From: Caulobacterales bacterium
GTDB taxonomy: Bacteria > Pseudomonadota > Alphaproteobacteria > Caulobacterales > Aquidulcibacteraceae
DNA: 64,000 nucleotides
Assembly (NCBI GenBank): GCA_049317545.1
Contig: JBMOIB010000004.1
Location: 5,565-69,564, forward strand
Direction: 5' to 3'
The translations under genes and the position numbers were made by a program. Below the pieces are notes generated by a model, which worked only from the letters and a program-made list of their open reading frames with translations, did not search any database and was not told the DNA's origin. Positions 20,329 to 30,439 of the stretch are shown here, piece after piece (position 1 is the stretch's first letter; every line of letters begins with the position of its first letter).

Positions 20329-21341
20329 TGCGCGCTCCGCTGCGCGCACTTCCTCGCATGCCGGAGCCGCGCACCTTTGAGCGTGATGGCGTGCGGATCG
20401 TCTATTACGACGCGGGCCCGAAGAGCGCGGCGCCGCCTTTGGTGCTTTGCCATGGTTTCCCTGACATGGCCTTCGGATGGCGCAACCAAATCGCCGCTCT
20501 GGCGGCGCGCGGCTTTCGCGTTCTCGCCCTCGATCAACGCGGCTATGGCCAGAGCGACTGCCCCGCGGCGGTCGAGGCCTATGACCTCGACGCGCTGACA
20601 GGGGATCTGGCCGCTTTGTTGGATGTCGCGGGAGTCGAGAAGGCCATTTTCGTCGGCCACGATTGGGGCGGCATCGTCGTCTGGAGCCTGCCCCTGCGAC
20701 AACCCGACCGGGTCGCCGGAATCGTTGCGCTCAATACGCCCTACACGAAGCGCGCTCCCGAAGATCCGATCGCGATCTACCGCCGCCGGTTCGGGCCGCG
20801 CTTTTACATCGTCCAGTTCAACGAAAATCAGGAGTCCGACCGCGCCTTCGAGGCCGACGTCGACAAAAGCGTGCGCTTCTTCCTGCGCGGCCCGGAGGAC
20901 GCACCCGAAGGCGTCGACGGGCGCGCCGCGATGGACACGATCAACGCCCTCGCCGCTTACGAGCCCGATGGCGACGCCCGCCAATTCCTGAGCCGCGAAG
21001 AGCTCGCGGTCTACGTCGACGCCTTCACCCGCACTGGCTTCACGCCGGGGATCAATTGGTACCGGAACTTCACAAGGAATTGGGCGACGACGCCTCCCGG
21101 CCCCGACCTCGTTTCCCAACCCGCGCTGATGATCCTGTCGGGACGCGACCAGGCGCTGCCGCCGTCGGCCGCCGACGGCATGGAGAAGTATGTCATCGAC
21201 CTCGAAAAACGCCTGTTGCCCGAAAGCGGACACTGGACGCAGCAAGAATTTCCCGACGACGTGACCAACTTCATCGCAGATTGGGCCGCGCGGCGGTTCG
21301 GCGCGCCGGCGGGGCTTGCCCCTGGGTCCGACGGTCCTTAA
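20328..21341 (+). CDS. alpha/beta hydrolase, epoxide hydrolase-like
   Basis: HGFPD oxyanion motif (LCHGFPDMAFGWRNQ) and nucleophile elbow GHDWGG. The start overlaps the DUF423 stop (TGATG). Confidence 0.85.
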   Translation: MRAPLRALPRMPEPRTFERDGVRIVYYDAGPKSAAPPLVLCHGFPDMAFGWRNQIAALAARGFRVLALDQRGYGQSDCPAAVEAYDLDALTGDLAALLDVAGVEKAIFVGHDWGGIVVWSLPLRQPDRVAGIVALNTPYTKRAPEDPIAIYRRRFGPRFYIVQFNENQESDRAFEADVDKSVRFFLRGPEDAPEGVDGRAAMDTINALAAYEPDGDARQFLSREELAVYVDAFTRTGFTPGINWYRNFTRNWATTPPGPDLVSQPALMILSGRDQALPPSAADGMEKYVIDLEKRLLPESGHWTQQEFPDDVTNFIADWAARRFGAPAGLAPGSDGP

Positions 21342-21344
21342 GCC

Positions 21345-22328
21345 TTGGCCATGAACGCGCCCATGAGCCCGCGGCGAGACCTCTATCCCAGCATCGAACC
21401 GTTTCGTGCGGAGATGAAACAGGTCAGCGACCTGCATGTCCTGCATTTCGAGCAATGCGGCACGCCGAATGGTTTGCCCGCACTTGCCCTCCATGGCGGT
21501 CCCGGCGGGGGAACAAGTCCGGAAATGCGGCGGTTCTTCGATCCCGCGCGGTATTGCCTGACCCTGTTCGACCAACGCGGCTGCGGGCGATCTACGCCGC
21601 ATGCGGAAATCCGCGAAAACACGACCTGGGACCTGGTCGCCGACATCGAGCGGCTGCGCCTCCATCTGGGCGTCGAAAAATGGCTGGTGTTCGGCGGATC
21701 TTGGGGCTCGACCCTGGCGCTCGCCTACGCCGCCAAGCACCCTGAGCGGGTCGCGGCGCTGGTCCTGCGCGGCGTTTTCCTGCTGACAGAAGCGGAAGTG
21801 CGCTGGTTCTACCAGGACGGCGCCTCGCACATCTTCCCCGACGCCTTCGAGCGCTACGTCGCCGCGATCCCGGAGGCTGAGCGCTCCGACCTGATCGGCG
21901 CCTTCCATCGCCGCTTGTTCGGCGTCGATAGGGCCGCGAGCATCGCTGCGGCGCGCGCCTGGGCGAAATGGGAGGGCGAGACGATTTCGTTCGCCGGCCC
22001 GCCCGCTCTGCCGCCCCGCTTCCATGACGACCGCTTCGTCGAAGCCTTCGCGCGCATCGAATGCCATTACTTCGCGAACAAGGGCTTCTTCGCGCGCGAC
22101 GGCTGGCTGCTTGAACAGGCGGCGCAGTATCGCCTTATTCCGGGCCGGATCGTGCACGGGCGCTACGACGTCTGCACGCCCATGTCGTCAGCCTGGGCGC
22201 TCAAGAACGTCTGGCCGGAAGCGCAACTCGACATCGTCGGCGACGCCGGACATTCGAGCCTTGAACCGGGCATCGTGGACGCCCTGGTGCGGGCAACAGA
22301 TCATTTCGCGTCGTCCCTGCGCTGGTGA
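21345..22328 (+). CDS. pip: prolyl aminopeptidase (proline iminopeptidase)
   Basis: LHGGPGGG, DQRGCGRS and GGSWGSTLALAYA motifs; 327 aa. Confidence 0.9.
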   Translation: MAMNAPMSPRRDLYPSIEPFRAEMKQVSDLHVLHFEQCGTPNGLPALALHGGPGGGTSPEMRRFFDPARYCLTLFDQRGCGRSTPHAEIRENTTWDLVADIERLRLHLGVEKWLVFGGSWGSTLALAYAAKHPERVAALVLRGVFLLTEAEVRWFYQDGASHIFPDAFERYVAAIPEAERSDLIGAFHRRLFGVDRAASIAAARAWAKWEGETISFAGPPALPPRFHDDRFVEAFARIECHYFANKGFFARDGWLLEQAAQYRLIPGRIVHGRYDVCTPMSSAWALKNVWPEAQLDIVGDAGHSSLEPGIVDALVRATDHFASSLRW

Positions 22329-23474
22329 CTACCAGAGCACGCCGCGGCTTGAGATCGACGTCTCGCGGTGCAGGTGGATCGACAAGACGATCGACATGCC
22401 GATCATCACGGTGAGCATGGCCGTGCCGCCGAACGACAGCAGCGGCAGCGGGATGCCGACGACTGGGATCAGTCCAATCACCATCGACGTGTTGATGAAC
22501 ACGTAGAGACCGAGCGTCACGGCTACGCCAGATGCGGCGAGCCGCCCGAACATTGTGCGCGAACGTAACGCCGTCGTCATGGTCAGGGCGAGCGCGATGC
22601 CGAACAATCCGAGCACCACGAATGCGCCGACGAGGCCGAATTCCTCTACGATCATCGTGAAGATGAAATCGGTGTGCTTTTCGGGAAGGAAATCGAGCTG
22701 CGACTGCGGACCTTTGAGATAGCCATGCCCGAGCAGGCCGGCCGCCCCGATCGCGATCTTCGATTGCAGCACGTGATAGCCCGACCCGAGCGGATCGTTT
22801 TCAAGGCCCAGGAACACGTTGACGCGGTCGCGCTGATAGCCCTGCAGAACGGAGAAATACGCGTAGACCGCGGCGGCCACAGCAGCGATCCCGGCGGGAA
22901 TGATGTAGCGCCATTTGAGCCCCGCCAGGAACATCACGCCGACGCCTGAACCGGCCACCAGCAGCGCGGTGCCAAGGTCAGGTTGGTGCATGATGAGCGC
23001 GGTCGGCATGCCGATCATCACGAGCGGAACGAAAAGCGCGATGAGCCCGTCCGGCTTGATGCGGCGCGAGTCCAGAAGGCCCTGATAATAGCGCGCCAGC
23101 GCCAGCACGATCGCGATCTTCATGATCTCAGATGGCTGCAGCTGAACCGGGCCGAGATCCAGCCAGCGCTGCGCACCCATGCGCGTGGCGCCGACCACTT
23201 CGACAGCGACCAGCAATAGCAGCGAGACTGCATAGAGCGGATAGGCCATCGCGAGCCAAATCCGCACGTCGACGATCGCCAGCACAAGCGTCAGGATCAG
23301 GATCAATCCGAACCGCGACGCGTGCGCCAACGGCATGCCGGCCCAGGAGCCGTCCGTCACCGAAAAGTGCATCACGACGCCAATGCACGCGAGCGCGCAC
23401 AATACCGTGATGAGCCCCCAATTGAGCCTGGCGAGACGTTCGCCGAAGCTTCGATACCCGGCCGCCGTGGTCAT
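22329..23474 (-). CDS. rodA: rod shape-determining protein RodA (SEDS family)
   Basis: FtsW/RodA/SpoVE family polytopic protein at the last position of the mre-mrd cluster. The start overlaps the mrdA stop. Confidence 0.93.
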   Translation of the reverse strand: MTTAAGYRSFGERLARLNWGLITVLCALACIGVVMHFSVTDGSWAGMPLAHASRFGLILILTLVLAIVDVRIWLAMAYPLYAVSLLLLVAVEVVGATRMGAQRWLDLGPVQLQPSEIMKIAIVLALARYYQGLLDSRRIKPDGLIALFVPLVMIGMPTALIMHQPDLGTALLVAGSGVGVMFLAGLKWRYIIPAGIAAVAAAVYAYFSVLQGYQRDRVNVFLGLENDPLGSGYHVLQSKIAIGAAGLLGHGYLKGPQSQLDFLPEKHTDFIFTMIVEEFGLVGAFVVLGLFGIALALTMTTALRSRTMFGRLAASGVAVTLGLYVFINTSMVIGLIPVVGIPLPLLSFGGTAMLTVMIGMSIVLSIHLHRETSISSRGVLW

Positions 23475-25498
23475 GCCCGCTTCCGATCCTTGGTTTCGAG
23501 CGCCGCGATCGTTTTGGCTTTTCGCGCGCTCGGGTCAGCGAGCAGCACGGCGCGCATGACGTCGCGCGCAATCGGCGCCGCAACCGCCGAACCGCCGCCG
23601 CCGTGCTCGACGACCACCGCGCATGCATAGCGCGCCGCATCGTTCGGCCCGTAGCAGACGAACAGTGCGTGGTCGCGCAGCTCCCAGTCGAGGTCCTCGT
23701 TGCGCTTGACGCCGCGCACGCGCTCGGCGGCGGTGATGACGCGCACCTGCGCCGTGCCGGTCTTGCCGTTGATCTGCACTTCGGCGGCGCCAGGCGGCGC
23801 GCCCACGGCATCGATCGCGCGACCGGTCACGGGGTCGCGGACAAGGCCAAGCCGGTTCCTGGCGTAAGCAGTCCCGCCAGGCTCGTTGCTCACCCCGTTC
23901 ATGCCGGTGAGGACCAGCTCACGCGCACGATCCGACAACGCGAGTTTCTTCGGCTCGATGCGCGGCCGTGGCGCGCCGCCCTCGCGCACCAGGCGCGGCG
24001 TGACGCCGAGGCCGCCGTTCGCGAACCGCGCAGTCATGACGGCCAGTTGCAGCGGCGTGCACACGATGTCGCCCTGACCGATTGCGGCGTTGAGCGTCAG
24101 GCCCGACGTCCATTCGCCCTTGCCGATCTTGCGCCACCAGGCCGGATCCGGAATGACGCCCTCAAGCGTTGCTGGCACGCCGATGTCGTGCTTTTGGCCG
24201 AGCCCCATGAGGCGCGCCACATCGGCGATCCGTTGCGGCCCGGCGCGCAACGACGCCTGGTAGAAGTAGACGTCGCACGAATGCTTGATCGCGTCGTGCA
24301 GGTCCACCGATCCGTGCCCGCCGCGCTTCCAGCAGTGGAAATTGCGCCCGCCGAACGGAAAGAAGCCAGGGCAGTTGACGCGCCATTTCGGATCGACGCC
24401 GGCCTCCACGACCGCTGCGCCGGTGACGAGTTTGAACGTCGAGCCCGGATGATAAGCGCCGGTGACGCACTTGTGGAACAGAGGCTTGTACTTGTCCTCG
24501 TTCAATTCCTTGAACGCCGCCGACCCGATGCCGTTCACGAACTGATTGGGGTCGAAGCCCGGCGACGAGCCGAGAATGATGAGGTCGCCGTCCCAAATGT
24601 CCATGACGACGCATGCAGCCGACTCTCCGCTCATCCGCTCCATGGCGTAGCGCTGAAGATCGGCGTCAATGGTGGTGATGATCGGCGAGCCGCGCACAGG
24701 CGCCTTGGCCTCGCGCTGATCCTCGCCAATGGCGCGGCCCGATGCATTGACCTCAACCAGGGCGATGCCCGGTTCACCGCGCAATTCGTTTTCCAGCGCC
24801 GCTTCAAGCCCGGCCTTGCCGACGCGCACGTCCGGATGCCGCAGATAACGCGCGCGCGCGCTTTCGAAACGCTCGCCAGGCAGCGCCTTCGGTCCAAGGC
24901 CGGCCGCGAGGCGATCGTCTTGTTCTACCTTGTCGATTTCTCGCTGGTTGGCCTTTTGGACATAGCCGATCGGGTGCGCGAACGCCGCCGTGTACGGATA
25001 GAATCTCTGCTGGCCGACCTCGACGATAACGCCGGGCAAGTCCGGGAGACGCACGTTGACGGCGGCGAATTCGTCCCAGGTCAGGCCGTTCTTGATCAGC
25101 ACGTCGTCGAATTTGCGCTTGTTGCGCACGTCGCGCAGGCGGCGCTGGATGGCCGCTTCGCTGAGATTAACGTATGCGGCGACCTTGCGCAGCGTTTCTT
25201 CCACTCCGTCCTTGGCGTTCTCCGGGCGGATCGAGACGCGATAATCCGGGCTCGTAATGGCCAGTTCGACGCCGAACCGGTCATAGATCACACCCCGTCG
25301 CGGCACGATCGGACGCGCATCGTAGCGATTGCTCTCGGCGGCGCGGGTGTATTCCTTGTCGACGAAATCCTGCGTCTGCAGATAGACCAACCGCCCGCCA
25401 ATCGCGGCGAGCGCGCCGGCGCCGCCGCCGCCGAGGATGAGCGCCCGGCGGCTGAAAATCCCCATCAAATCGCGTTTTGCGGTTGGCTTGTAATTCAT
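23471..25498 (-). CDS. mrdA: penicillin-binding protein 2 (elongasome transpeptidase)
   Basis: 675 aa with SxxK (STFK), SxN-type and KTG (KTGTAQ) motifs, immediately downstream of mreD. Confidence 0.93.
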   Translation of the reverse strand: MNYKPTAKRDLMGIFSRRALILGGGGAGALAAIGGRLVYLQTQDFVDKEYTRAAESNRYDARPIVPRRGVIYDRFGVELAITSPDYRVSIRPENAKDGVEETLRKVAAYVNLSEAAIQRRLRDVRNKRKFDDVLIKNGLTWDEFAAVNVRLPDLPGVIVEVGQQRFYPYTAAFAHPIGYVQKANQREIDKVEQDDRLAAGLGPKALPGERFESARARYLRHPDVRVGKAGLEAALENELRGEPGIALVEVNASGRAIGEDQREAKAPVRGSPIITTIDADLQRYAMERMSGESAACVVMDIWDGDLIILGSSPGFDPNQFVNGIGSAAFKELNEDKYKPLFHKCVTGAYHPGSTFKLVTGAAVVEAGVDPKWRVNCPGFFPFGGRNFHCWKRGGHGSVDLHDAIKHSCDVYFYQASLRAGPQRIADVARLMGLGQKHDIGVPATLEGVIPDPAWWRKIGKGEWTSGLTLNAAIGQGDIVCTPLQLAVMTARFANGGLGVTPRLVREGGAPRPRIEPKKLALSDRARELVLTGMNGVSNEPGGTAYARNRLGLVRDPVTGRAIDAVGAPPGAAEVQINGKTGTAQVRVITAAERVRGVKRNEDLDWELRDHALFVCYGPNDAARYACAVVVEHGGGGSAVAAPIARDVMRAVLLADPSARKAKTIAALETKDRKRA

Positions 25499-25502
25499 GA
25501 GA

Positions 25503-26015
25503 TCAGGCCTTCGCCCTGCCGACGATATAGAGCGGTCGAACCAGCGGAAAGAGCAACGCCGTGATGCCGGCAGCGAGCGCGAACGGTCCGATTTTCGCGG
25601 CGCCGCCCAGCGCCGGCGGCGCGATCAAAGCGGCCAGCGCGCAGACCGCGATCATGGTCGCGATAAAGCCGGCCCATTCAGTGAAAAGATTGGCCGAGCG
25701 GGTGGCCGTCGCGGCGGTCCGCCCAAGCAGGAAGCCGGCGAGATAAATGATCGCGAACAATCCGAGCGGACCACCCGACAACTGATCCTGCAGCAAACCA
25801 AGGAGGAAAAGCACGACAGGTGCGCGCCACCCGGTTTCACCCATCGCGGCCCAGCCGTAGGCCGCCCACATGACCGCCAGCGGCAATGGCGGACTCGCCG
25901 CAAGCGGCCCCCATGGCAGCGCCGGGGCGACCACGCAGATGAGCGCGATCACCAGCCCCGCCAGCCGGGCCAGCGACATGCGCGCGCCGGGCGCGAGGAG
26001 GCCGAGGCGGCTCAT
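25503..26015 (-). CDS. mreD: rod shape-determining protein MreD
   Basis: 170-aa hydrophobic protein between mreC and mrdA. The start overlaps the mreC stop. Confidence 0.85.
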   Translation of the reverse strand: MSRLGLLAPGARMSLARLAGLVIALICVVAPALPWGPLAASPPLPLAVMWAAYGWAAMGETGWRAPVVLFLLGLLQDQLSGGPLGLFAIIYLAGFLLGRTAATATRSANLFTEWAGFIATMIAVCALAALIAPPALGGAAKIGPFALAAGITALLFPLVRPLYIVGRAKA

Positions 26016-27163
26016 CGCCGGGTGGGACCAGCCGGCCCGCCGGCGGGCGCAGGCGCGACCGGCGGCGCATCGGCTTCGTCGGGCGCGACGCGCGCCGATG
26101 GCGGCGGCGGGCGCGGACCTGCTGGGCGCACGGGCGTTGGGATGGGCGGTGCGGCGACGACCACTTCCCGCGTCGACGGCGGCGGCGGCGGCGGTCCCGT
26201 ATCAACGACCGGGGCGAGGTCCGGCGGCTCGACCGGGGCGAACGGCGTCAACCGAACGAAATCAATCGGCGCGCTCGAGATGCCGAGTTTCACCCGCCAG
26301 ACGCCGTCGCGCCCCACGGTGGCGCGACCAACCGGAATGCCGGCCGGAAACAGGCCGCCATCGCCGGACGTGACGATCGATTCGCCGTCGCGCGGCGTCG
26401 AAATGCCGACGACATTCTGCAGCGCAGGCGCCGCCACGCGGATCAGGCCCTCGAGTTCGGGCGCGCCGCCCGGTTCGCCGACCAGAATGGCCCGAACCCG
26501 GCTCGTCTGCCCCATGACGGGAATCCGCGAATTGTAGTCGTCCAGGAGCAGGATCCGCGACGAATGGCGGCCGACCGACACCACGCGACCGACCAATCCA
26601 TTCTCATTGGCGGCGACAAAGCCGGTTTTGACGCCCTGATCGGCGCCTGCATTGGCCAGCAAGGTGCGCCGGAACGGCCCGCCAACGTCCAGCACAAGCC
26701 GGGCGGTCAGTCCGTCCGAGGGGCGCAACGCCGCGCCGGCGCTGTGCGGGGCGACGCGCAGCAGCGATTCGTAGCGCGCGTTGCGCTCGGCCAGCGTCAT
26801 CGCATAGGTGCGCCATTCGCGGAGTTCGGCGTTTTCGCGTTCGAGTTCTTTGACGCGCCCCGCGGCTGTCCACATCTGCGCGAACTGCTGCGTCAGCGAG
26901 GTCGCGCCATCGACCGGGGCTTGCCCCGCCTGGACCGCGGCGCCGATCCCGTCGTCGAGCGTCGCCTCCGGGCCGACCTGCCCCGTCGAAGGGTTTCGCA
27001 GGGCCAGAAAAGCCCATGCCGCCAAGGCCAACGCGGCCGCAACGCCCGCGCCGATCGTGAGCCGAAAGCCGCCACCGCCTCGCCGTCCGCTTCTGCGCCT
27101 CGCCACGCAAACCCCCTTTTGGATCAGACGGACGTTTGGACCCGGACCGCGCCGACCGCTCAA
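26012..27163 (-). CDS. mreC: rod shape-determining protein MreC (with Pro-rich C-terminal tail)
   Basis: Single TM, coiled coil (ELERENAELRE), beta-barrel core (GLVGRVVSV...SRILLL) and about 90 aa of Pro-rich C-terminus. The exact start is uncertain. Confidence 0.88.
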   Translation of the reverse strand: MSGRRGPGPNVRLIQKGVCVARRRSGRRGGGGFRLTIGAGVAAALALAAWAFLALRNPSTGQVGPEATLDDGIGAAVQAGQAPVDGATSLTQQFAQMWTAAGRVKELERENAELREWRTYAMTLAERNARYESLLRVAPHSAGAALRPSDGLTARLVLDVGGPFRRTLLANAGADQGVKTGFVAANENGLVGRVVSVGRHSSRILLLDDYNSRIPVMGQTSRVRAILVGEPGGAPELEGLIRVAAPALQNVVGISTPRDGESIVTSGDGGLFPAGIPVGRATVGRDGVWRVKLGISSAPIDFVRLTPFAPVEPPDLAPVVDTGPPPPPPSTREVVVAAPPIPTPVRPAGPRPPPPSARVAPDEADAPPVAPAPAGGPAGPTRR

Positions 27164-27250
27164 AATCGCCCAGACGGGTCAAAAGACGTTAGATTTCAAT
27201 TTTGAACGTAGCCCAGCGCCGGCGGCCGACAGCTATGCGCCGCCGCGCGG

Positions 27251-28309
<1,059 letters not shown>

Positions 28310-28520
28310 TCACCCGCCGGTTCGATTGGCGGACATATCGTGCTTAGCGTCGCGAACGTTACCGACCTGCAAACATTGCGCCTCAAGGCTGCAATCAACC
28401 GTCCTCACGCAATTGCGGACAACGGAACGACCGCAAACCGTACGCGACACGTTCATTCCAAACACGATGGTTAACGTGTGGCGTGCGCCGGGGCTTGATG
28501 CAAGGGCTTGGTTCCATGCA

Positions 28521-28548
28521 ATTTCGTAGCGCACATGCGCTACGAAAT
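28521..28548. terminator. perfect 13-bp palindrome overlapping the 3' end of the EamA gene
   Basis: ATTTCGTAGCGCA-ca-TGCGCTACGAAAT. The EamA stop codon (28540-28542) lies inside the stem. There is no U-tract, so a terminator role is tentative. Confidence 0.4.
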
Positions 28549-29445
28549 GCCGAAAGCGACCGCGATCACCCCTAAGGCCGTGAGCGCGGCGCCGAAAATC
28601 GCACGCCAGCCAAGACGTTCCGCAAAGAGCCGCCGGCCCGCGAAGGCGGCCATGGGGATATCGACGACCCCAACGGCGCGCACGGCCGCCGCCGGCGCCA
28701 AAGCGACAGCCGTGAACCATCCGATGCTGGCGGCGGCGCCGCAAAATCCCGCCCCCCAGGCGCGCGGCCCGGCCTTGAGAGCTACGGATAGCGCCTGGGG
28801 ATCGCGCCACCCAAGCCAGAGGCCGAGTCCGGCCGTCTGCAGGAACTGAACGAAGGCCACCACGATCGCCGCCGCAAAAACCGGGTCGGCCGGCGCAACG
28901 GCATGGGCGGCGATCCGAAACGCATTGATCGAAACGCCGAACGCCGCGCCCGCGCCCAGGCCGAAGGCGGCCGCGCTGAGGCTGTCGGCCGCTCGGTCGT
29001 CGGTCGCGCGCTTTGGCCAGGAGAGAATCGCTAGTCCGATCGTCGCCACGGCGATGCCTGTCCAGCCGAGCCCGCTCAACCGGTCGCCGAACGCTAGGCC
29101 AACCAGGGCCGAGAACGGCAGTGAACTTTGCTGGAAGGCCGTGCCGATGGCGAAGCTCGCCCGGCGCATCGAAACCAGAAGCGACGCCGTCGCCAGCACC
29201 TGCGCCAGCGCCCCGATCGCAGAGGCGACCAGGAACCTGGGGGCGTCGATAATCGCCGCGGTCGGCGCATCCAGAACCGTTGCGGCGGCGAGCCAAGCCA
29301 GGGCGAACGGCAATCCGAAGGCGAACCGCACCAGTGTCGCGCCCCATGGGCCGGCGCTCGCGACCAGATCGCGCTGGAACGCATTACGCGCCGTCTGGAA
29401 AGCCGCCGCGGCGACCGTGATGGGGATCCAAATCCAGGCGGGCAT
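28540..29445 (-). CDS. EamA/DMT family transporter
   Basis: 301 aa, 10 TM, two EamA-like halves. The start is placed at MPAWIWIPITVAAAAFQ (ATG 29445). The upstream part of the track ORF is non-hydrophobic. Confidence 0.85.
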   Translation of the reverse strand: MPAWIWIPITVAAAAFQTARNAFQRDLVASAGPWGATLVRFAFGLPFALAWLAAATVLDAPTAAIIDAPRFLVASAIGALAQVLATASLLVSMRRASFAIGTAFQQSSLPFSALVGLAFGDRLSGLGWTGIAVATIGLAILSWPKRATDDRAADSLSAAAFGLGAGAAFGVSINAFRIAAHAVAPADPVFAAAIVVAFVQFLQTAGLGLWLGWRDPQALSVALKAGPRAWGAGFCGAAASIGWFTAVALAPAAAVRAVGVVDIPMAAFAGRRLFAERLGWRAIFGAALTALGVIAVAFGIS

Positions 29446-29524
29446 TCGAAACCTATGGCAGGCGGGGCGGCGGCTCGGTAGAGGCCAGTCTCCGCGTTCG
29501 CGCACTGAGACGAGAGCCTTCGCC

Positions 29525-30379
29525 ATGCTGTCTGGATTGATCTTGGCCGCCGCGCTCGCCGCAGCTTCGCCCGCAGACCATGCCGCCGCCTGTCGCGACA
29601 AGGACGGCTGGAGCGATCCCGCGCCGCCGATCCGGATCTTCGCCAATGTCTATGGCGTGGGCACGTGCGGCATCACGGCCGTGCTGATCGTCGATCCCAC
29701 GGGGCTCGTGCTGATCGATTCCGGGCCGGCGAACGCCGCGCCAATCGTCCAGCGCAACATCGAGACCCTGGGGTTCAGGATCACCGACGTGAAGCTCCTG
29801 CTCGCGACGCACGAGCATTTCGACCACGTCGGCGGCCTTGGCGCCCTTCAGGCGGCCAGCGGCGCTGCACTGCGGGTTTCCGCTCCAGCCGGGCGCGTTC
29901 TGAGCGAAGGGGCCGTCGATCCGAACGATCCGCAATTCGGCGAGATCGAACCGCCGGCAAGGGCAGCCGTCGGCCCGCCCATCGTGGATGGCGAAATCAT
30001 CCGTCTCGGCGCCATTTCGCTCACCGCACATCTGACGCCCGGCCACGTTTTCGGCGGCACGTCCTGGACGTGGCGCGCCTGCGAACGCGATCGCTGCCAC
30101 TCGATCGCTTACGCAGACTCTCTCTCCGCGGTCTCGCGCGACGGCTACCGCTTCCTCGACCACCCCGACCGTGTAGAGGCCATCACGAAAAGCATCGCGA
30201 CCGTCGCCAAGCTCAAGTGCGACATCCTCATCACCCCGCATCCGTCCAGCAGCGCCCTCTTCGCCCGCCTGCACGGCGAGGCCCCACTCGTGAACCGACG
30301 CGCCTGCGCGGCCTATGCCGCCAGCGCGCGCGCCAATCTGGAAAAGCGCCTGGCCCAGGAACGGGCTGCGCGCCCCTAG
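29525..30379 (+). CDS. subclass B3-like metallo-beta-lactamase fold hydrolase (exported)
   Basis: Signal peptide MLSGLILAAALAAASPA, IFANVYGVGT, H-x-H-x-D-H (THEHFDHVGG), LTPGHVFGGTSW and a late ITPHPS. ATG 29525 is in frame within track ORF 28925..30379. Confidence 0.8.
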   Translation: MLSGLILAAALAAASPADHAAACRDKDGWSDPAPPIRIFANVYGVGTCGITAVLIVDPTGLVLIDSGPANAAPIVQRNIETLGFRITDVKLLLATHEHFDHVGGLGALQAASGAALRVSAPAGRVLSEGAVDPNDPQFGEIEPPARAAVGPPIVDGEIIRLGAISLTAHLTPGHVFGGTSWTWRACERDRCHSIAYADSLSAVSRDGYRFLDHPDRVEAITKSIATVAKLKCDILITPHPSSSALFARLHGEAPLVNRRACAAYAASARANLEKRLAQERAARP

Positions 30380-30439
30380 CCGTCTCGCCCTCGGTTGGGA
30401 AACGGTCTAGGTCAGTCCAAACTGTGGGAGAAACGACGA

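Noticed and set aside
20181-22157. 658-aa ORF on the minus strand
   Set aside because: It is antisense to the epoxide-hydrolase-like and pip genes, both of which carry clear catalytic motifs. It is Arg/Gly-rich with no recognisable domain.
23603-25564. 653-aa ORF on the plus strand
   Set aside because: It is antisense to mrdA (PBP2), which has SxxK/KTG motifs and operon context. Shadow ORF.
26012-26290. Pro-rich C-terminal tail of MreC as a separate feature. The same applies to the P/G/L-rich tail of Ffh at about 57760-57857.
   Set aside because: Low-complexity tails of this kind are common in GC-rich alphaproteobacterial orthologues. Nothing suggests a separate domain or gene.
28925-29524. 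N-terminal 200 codons of track ORF 28925..30379
   Set aside because: It is antisense to the EamA transporter gene. The MBL protein begins with its signal peptide at ATG 29525.
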